Shown: positions 59,672-64,000 of the stretch, piece by piece
How positions within the stretch are numbered: the stretch's first letter is position 1
Layout of the letters: each line of letters opens with the position of its first letter
Assembly: GCA_904420085.1 (NCBI GenBank)
Contig: CAJFUA010000076.1
Location: forward strand, 27,988-91,987
DNA: 64,000 nt
Direction of reading: 5' to 3'
Source of the DNA: an uncultured Eubacterium sp.
GTDB lineage: Bacteria; Bacillota; Clostridia; Lachnospirales; Lachnospiraceae
The notes under the pieces: model-generated
What the model was told of the DNA's origin: nothing
The model's database searches: none
Seen by the model: the letters and a program-made list of their open reading frames with translations, nothing else
Position numbers and translations under genes: made by a program

Positions 59672-60661
59672 TTAATTTCCTTTTACCCCATCATAAATAA
59701 GGTCGCTGAGATTTCCCGAATATTCATTTTCCAGGAACCCTTCTTCCTGCATGAAGTTTACAAAATTGCCAACTCCCTGTAATTCTGTGGAATACTGTGA
59801 TTTGGAATCTGTCATCCACTTTACAATATCTTCAACGCTGTCATCCAGTTCCAGCTTTTCTTTAACCAGTTCTGCTGTCTCTTCCGGATTTTCTTTTACA
59901 TAGGTCATCGCCTCTTCAAAAGCCTTGCATACGGCGTCGTATAACTCTTTGTTGTTTTCATATAAATCTTTGGAAGCAATACCTACAATGGATGTGTCTC
60001 CCGGTACCCATACGTCTTCGCTGACCGGAATCTCATGTGTTCCGTCTACTGCCAGTTCTTTGAAATTGTATGGTGAAATAACTACATGTACTTTAATGGA
60101 TCCGCTTTTAATACCGTCAAATCCTGAAGCATTGTCTACCGGATTTATAACATTATCAAATGCGTGGGCATCTCCCAATTCAGCTTTTGCGGCCAGTCCT
60201 AACATAATATGTCCCTGACTGTTGGTACTGAGCAAACCTACCTGAATGCCTTTATCTTTCAAATCTTTTAATGAGTTAATATCTTTCTGATTTGTCACAA
60301 TGGAATATGGTTGTGCAGAAATACCCGTAAAAATTTTATATTTGCTTCCACTTAAAATTCCTACAACTGCCGGTGGAAGACCAACGGTTCCTACGTCAAT
60401 ACTTCCGCTGGAAACCCCTTCTTTTATTGTATTACCGTCTTTTTCGACTTGACAGTCCACTTCCACTTCTTTATCATAATAATTGGAAATCATATTTTTC
60501 TCTGCCATAATCATAACCGGTGCATAAGCGATACTTTTCTGGTATCTTATAACAAGTTTGTTGCTATCCTCCGCTTTTTTGTCACTGCCTCCACAGGCTG
60601 TCATAGCCGCTGCCATAGCAACTACCAATGTAACTGCCATGATTTTTTTTAACATTTTCAT
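59672..60661 (-). CDS. ABC substrate-binding lipoprotein (NMT1/SsuA-like)
   Basis: Lipobox MTAC, YQKSIAYAP, SGSIDVG, NSQGHI; first gene of the NitT/TauT-type cassette. Confidence 0.85.
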   Translation of the reverse strand: MKMLKKIMAVTLVVAMAAAMTACGGSDKKAEDSNKLVIRYQKSIAYAPVMIMAEKNMISNYYDKEVEVDCQVEKDGNTIKEGVSSGSIDVGTVGLPPAVVGILSGSKYKIFTGISAQPYSIVTNQKDINSLKDLKDKGIQVGLLSTNSQGHIMLGLAAKAELGDAHAFDNVINPVDNASGFDGIKSGSIKVHVVISPYNFKELAVDGTHEIPVSEDVWVPGDTSIVGIASKDLYENNKELYDAVCKAFEEAMTYVKENPEETAELVKEKLELDDSVEDIVKWMTDSKSQYSTELQGVGNFVNFMQEEGFLENEYSGNLSDLIYDGVKGN

Positions 60662-60871
60662 AGTCTCATTTCCTTTCTCTTTTATTTAGATTGCCTAAAT
60701 AATGAATAATCTTATACAATCTAACAACAAATTTCGATATAAAATTGATATTTTGATACAAAAAAACGTATATAGATTCGAAGCATTATTACAAAAATAT
60801 CTTTTTTACATCAAAAATTGTCATTACCATAATAACTAATTATTATAAATTTTACAAGGAGAATTTTTATT

Positions 60872-62476
60872 ATGAAACATTTACAAAAATTTTTTTTACT
60901 AGCTTTGTTTGTTGTCATTGGGATAAATGTTTTCAACACAAAGGCTCACGCAGCAGAAACAACAGAACAGATACCTATTAAAATTTTATTCATCGGCAAC
61001 AGTCAGACCTATTATAATGACATGCCTTCCATGTTAGAAGGACTTGCCAAGGCAGACAATATTAACTGTCAGGTAAAATCCATTACCGGTTCCAGTTATA
61101 AACTTTCTCAATTTGCCACAACCGGCAATGCTTATAATACCAAAATATTAAATGCTTTAGCTGCTGACAATTACGATTATGTAGTATTACAGGAACATCG
61201 TGTAAATATTATGAAAGATTTGGAATCAACTCAAAACGCCATTTCCCAGTTAAAAGAAAAAATTGATCAGTCCGGCGCCAAGACAATTCTTTATGCGACT
61301 CAGGGCGATCATCTCGGACGGGATTTCACAATTAACGGAACCTCCATCTATTACGATAATAACACACTTCAATATTATATGAACAAAAACTATTATTCAC
61401 TGAGTGGCGTTTTTGACTGTGACATTGCACCTGTGGGACTGAATTATACCCGTTGTATGAACGAATATCCTGAAATCACTCTATATAATGAAGACATGAT
61501 TCATCCGTCTTTAGAAGGAAGTTACCTGGCTGCCTGCACTTTATATCAGGTCATTTTGGGACAGAGTGCCTACAACAACCAATACCTGCCCGGCAGCGAA
61601 TATGACACCGAAAATTTATTGAAATCAATGGATACTGAAAATGCCGTAAAATTACAGAATATTGCGGATGCGATTTTAACATTAACAAAAAAATCCATTA
61701 CCTTAAAAAAAGGAACCACCAGTTCCATTGGTTCCACTTTAAAATATTCCCAAGAAAATTCTGTGATGGAAAACTATAACAATACCATAAATTACGCAAG
61801 TACCAATGACGAAATTATCGGCGTCAATTCAAAGACAGGTATGATTACCGGTATCGATACAGGCTCAACTATGGTCATGGCACATACAGACAGCGGTCTG
61901 ATGGCATTTTGTAATGTGGAAGTAATACAGCCTTCTACTTCATTAACTATCACTGAGGGCTTATTGAAATTACATAGAAAAGACACTCAAACTTACACGA
62001 CAACCATCGCTCCGGCTGATACGACCGATATCATTACCTGGACAAGCAGCAATCCTTCCGTCGTCTCTATAGACCAGAACGGAACCATTACAGCAAAGAA
62101 AGTTGGCACTTCTACCATTACTGCAACTACAGACAGCGGAATCAAATTAACCAGAAATGTATGTGTATTACTGATTACACCAACCAATGTAAAAGCCGTA
62201 AAAGCTTCCGGTAAAACCAAAGGTCCTAAATATGGAAATGTAAAAATCAAATGGAAGAAAAATTCAAATGCTGAGAAATATTATATTTATCGCAGGAAAA
62301 AAGGAACCAAGACATACAAAAAAATTGCGACAAGAAAAGGCAAATACAAATACTACATTGATAAAAACAGAAAGAAAGGCGTAACTTATTATTACAAAGT
62401 CCGTTCCGTTTATTCCAATTCAAAATGTAATAGTTTGAAATCAAAATTTACAAAGATCACATTAAAGAAGAAATAA
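60872..62476 (+). CDS. Secreted SGNH/GDSL hydrolase with two Ig-like (Big_2) domains and basic FN3-like C-terminus
   Basis: Signal peptide (AHA), ILFIGNSQTY, VVLQE, DMIHPS; TWTSSNPSVVSID..GTITAKKVG; YYIYR/YYYKVR. Confidence 0.82.
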   Translation: MKHLQKFFLLALFVVIGINVFNTKAHAAETTEQIPIKILFIGNSQTYYNDMPSMLEGLAKADNINCQVKSITGSSYKLSQFATTGNAYNTKILNALAADNYDYVVLQEHRVNIMKDLESTQNAISQLKEKIDQSGAKTILYATQGDHLGRDFTINGTSIYYDNNTLQYYMNKNYYSLSGVFDCDIAPVGLNYTRCMNEYPEITLYNEDMIHPSLEGSYLAACTLYQVILGQSAYNNQYLPGSEYDTENLLKSMDTENAVKLQNIADAILTLTKKSITLKKGTTSSIGSTLKYSQENSVMENYNNTINYASTNDEIIGVNSKTGMITGIDTGSTMVMAHTDSGLMAFCNVEVIQPSTSLTITEGLLKLHRKDTQTYTTTIAPADTTDIITWTSSNPSVVSIDQNGTITAKKVGTSTITATTDSGIKLTRNVCVLLITPTNVKAVKASGKTKGPKYGNVKIKWKKNSNAEKYYIYRRKKGTKTYKKIATRKGKYKYYIDKNRKKGVTYYYKVRSVYSNSKCNSLKSKFTKITLKKK

Positions 62477-62517
62477 ACCAGTCAGTTAATTAAGACAGAG
62501 GGGTATAAAAATTTAGG

Positions 62518-62569
62518 AAAGGAGATGCGTACCGGCAATTAAAAACCGCCGGTACGCATCTCCTTTTTT
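62518..62569. terminator. Bidirectional terminator
   Basis: 19-bp perfect arms AAAGGAGATGCGTACCGGC / GCCGGTACGCATCTCCTTT plus T-run. Confidence 0.85.
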
Positions 62570-62630
62570 ACATTCCATAGCTACGAAATATACGATAAAT
62601 GTTCTGAGATAGCCATTCATATTTCTTTAT

Positions 62631-62777
62631 CTAATGACATCCTCTGCATTTGCTGCATTCGCCGCCACATTGAATTGATTTTCCGTTCTTTTTGTCTCTA
62701 ATCATGCTTCTGACTACAATGCAGACAATCACAACTAAAACTGCTAAAACGATAAAAGTTCCTACTGCTCCCTGCAT
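62631..62777 (-). CDS. FeoB-associated Cys-rich membrane peptide (48 aa, below the ORF-track cutoff)
   Basis: MQGAVGTFIVLAVLVVIVCIVVRSMIRDKKNGKSIQCGGECSKCRGCH with AAGGAGG RBS, downstream of feoB. Confidence 0.88.
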   Translation of the reverse strand: MQGAVGTFIVLAVLVVIVCIVVRSMIRDKKNGKSIQCGGECSKCRGCH

Positions 62778-62806
62778 AAAATCTACCTCCTTGAAAATAA
62801 ATATGG

Positions 62807-62849
62807 AAGCCGGCAGAAAGAAAATGTCCAGTTTATTTCCTGCCGGCTT
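62807..62849. promoter_or_regulatory. Stem-loop between feoB and the Cys-rich peptide gene
   Basis: AAGCCGGCAG...CTGCCGGCTT arms. Confidence 0.5.
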
Positions 62850-62884
62850 ATAAAATTCAAATGACTTACATTCCTATTTATATT

Positions 62885-64000
62885 TTAATTCGATATTGCT
62901 TTGTTAGGTCTGAATAACAGATAAATAAATCCAAGTACCAGCAATAATGCAACAACTGTCCATACCCCAAATACGCCTCCTGTAATCAATATGCCAATCT
63001 GGTATATTACAAGACCGACTACATATGCCAGTATACATTGATATCCAATGGCAAACCAGAACCATTTTGCATTATTCATTTCCCTTTTGATGGCACCCAT
63101 AGCTGCGAAACATGGGGCACATAACAAATTGAATACCAAGAAGGAATATGCCGCTACAGCAGACAGGCTGCCGGCAAGGCTTCCCCATACTTCCGCACCG
63201 TCTTCTGCAATTTCCGAACCGAAGCCAAACAACATACCAAAGGTACTTACCACATTTTCTTTGGCAATCAGTCCTGTTACTGTGGCAACTGCCATCTTCC
63301 AGTCTCCCCAGCCTAACGGTTTAAATATCGGTGCAATAATTCCACCTATTTTTGCCAAAATACTGTTTTCCATCTGCGTTTCCATGTCCAACATACCGAA
63401 ACTTCCATCTGTCCAGCCAAAATTCATTAAGAACCAAAGTACAATGGTTGAAAGTAATATAATTGTACCAGCCTTTTTGATAAAAGACCATCCTCTTTCC
63501 CACATACTTCTCAAGACACTTCCAACGGTCGGCAAATGATATGCCGGAAGTTCCATGACAAACGGTGCCGGATCTCCGGCAAACATCTTTGTTTTCTTTA
63601 ATATGATACCAGATACAATGATTGCTGCAATTCCTACAAAGTACGCACTAGGTGAAACCCACCATGCTCCGTCAAACAGCGCTCCTGCAATCAGGGCGAT
63701 AATCGGAAGTTTTGCTCCACACGGAACAAAGGTAGTCGTCATAATTGTCATTTTCCTGTCTCTGTCATTTTCAATAGTTCGTGATGCCATAATACCCGGA
63801 ACGCCGCAGCCACTTCCAATTAACATCGGAATAAAGGACTTGCCGGAAAGACCGAACTTTCTAAAAATCCTATCCATAATAAATGCCACTCTCGCCATGT
63901 ATCCGCAGGACTCCAAAAAAGCGAGGAATAAAAACAGAACGAACATCTGTGGCACAAATCCAAGAACAGCACCAACACCTGCCACAATACCATCAAGAAT
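62885..64000 (-). CDS. feoB: Ferrous iron transporter B, 3' part (start outside window)
   Basis: LESCGYMARVAF, GLSGKSFIP, GCGVP, PFVMELP, AKENVV, LLCAPC. Confidence 0.96.
   Translation of the reverse strand: MLDGIVAGVGAVLGFVPQMFVLFLFLAFLESCGYMARVAFIMDRIFRKFGLSGKSFIPMLIGSGCGVPGIMASRTIENDRDRKMTIMTTTFVPCGAKLPIIALIAGALFDGAWWVSPSAYFVGIAAIIVSGIILKKTKMFAGDPAPFVMELPAYHLPTVGSVLRSMWERGWSFIKKAGTIILLSTIVLWFLMNFGWTDGSFGMLDMETQMENSILAKIGGIIAPIFKPLGWGDWKMAVATVTGLIAKENVVSTFGMLFGFGSEIAEDGAEVWGSLAGSLSAVAAYSFLVFNLLCAPCFAAMGAIKREMNNAKWFWFAIGYQCILAYVVGLVIYQIGILITGGVFGVWTVVALLLVLGFIYLLFRPNKAISN

Overview
Core-chromosome segment of a low-GC, spore-forming Clostridia bacterium; gene order and proteins look Lachnospiraceae-like (inference). 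About 55 CDS, nearly all on the minus strand. Housekeeping blocks: rsmD-coaD, cmk-ispH-rpsA, a Na+-translocating decarboxylase/carboxyltransferase cluster, dapF-murE-asnB, dacF-scpAB-dacB, an LTA synthase family gene, aroF, proC-nudF-spoIIM-like-xerD, recA-recX-rny, yloC-gmk-rpoZ-rimO-pgsA, rqcH, glgA, yqhY-nusB-xseAB-ispA-dxs-tlyA-nadK-argR-recN-spoIVB-spo0A and the 3' part of feoB. The standout accessory region (53.0-60.7 kb) is a tightly coupled seven-gene operon. It joins a NitT/TauT (SsuABC-like) ABC importer to a Dlt/AlgI-like acyl relay: SGNH/DltD-like protein, MBOAT with a C-terminal FVYGQF motif, acyl-adenylating enzyme and carrier protein. A secreted SGNH esterase is transcribed divergently. 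The adenylating enzyme has an in-frame TAA exactly at the A10 catalytic lysine codon. Other points: an SseB-FHA gene between spoIVB and spo0A, an Asn-rich N-terminal extension on Spo0A, and asnB in a dapF-murE operon (likely mDAP amidation). No rRNA, tRNA, CRISPR array or IS element was recognised. All calls come from motif recognition by eye, without database searches.
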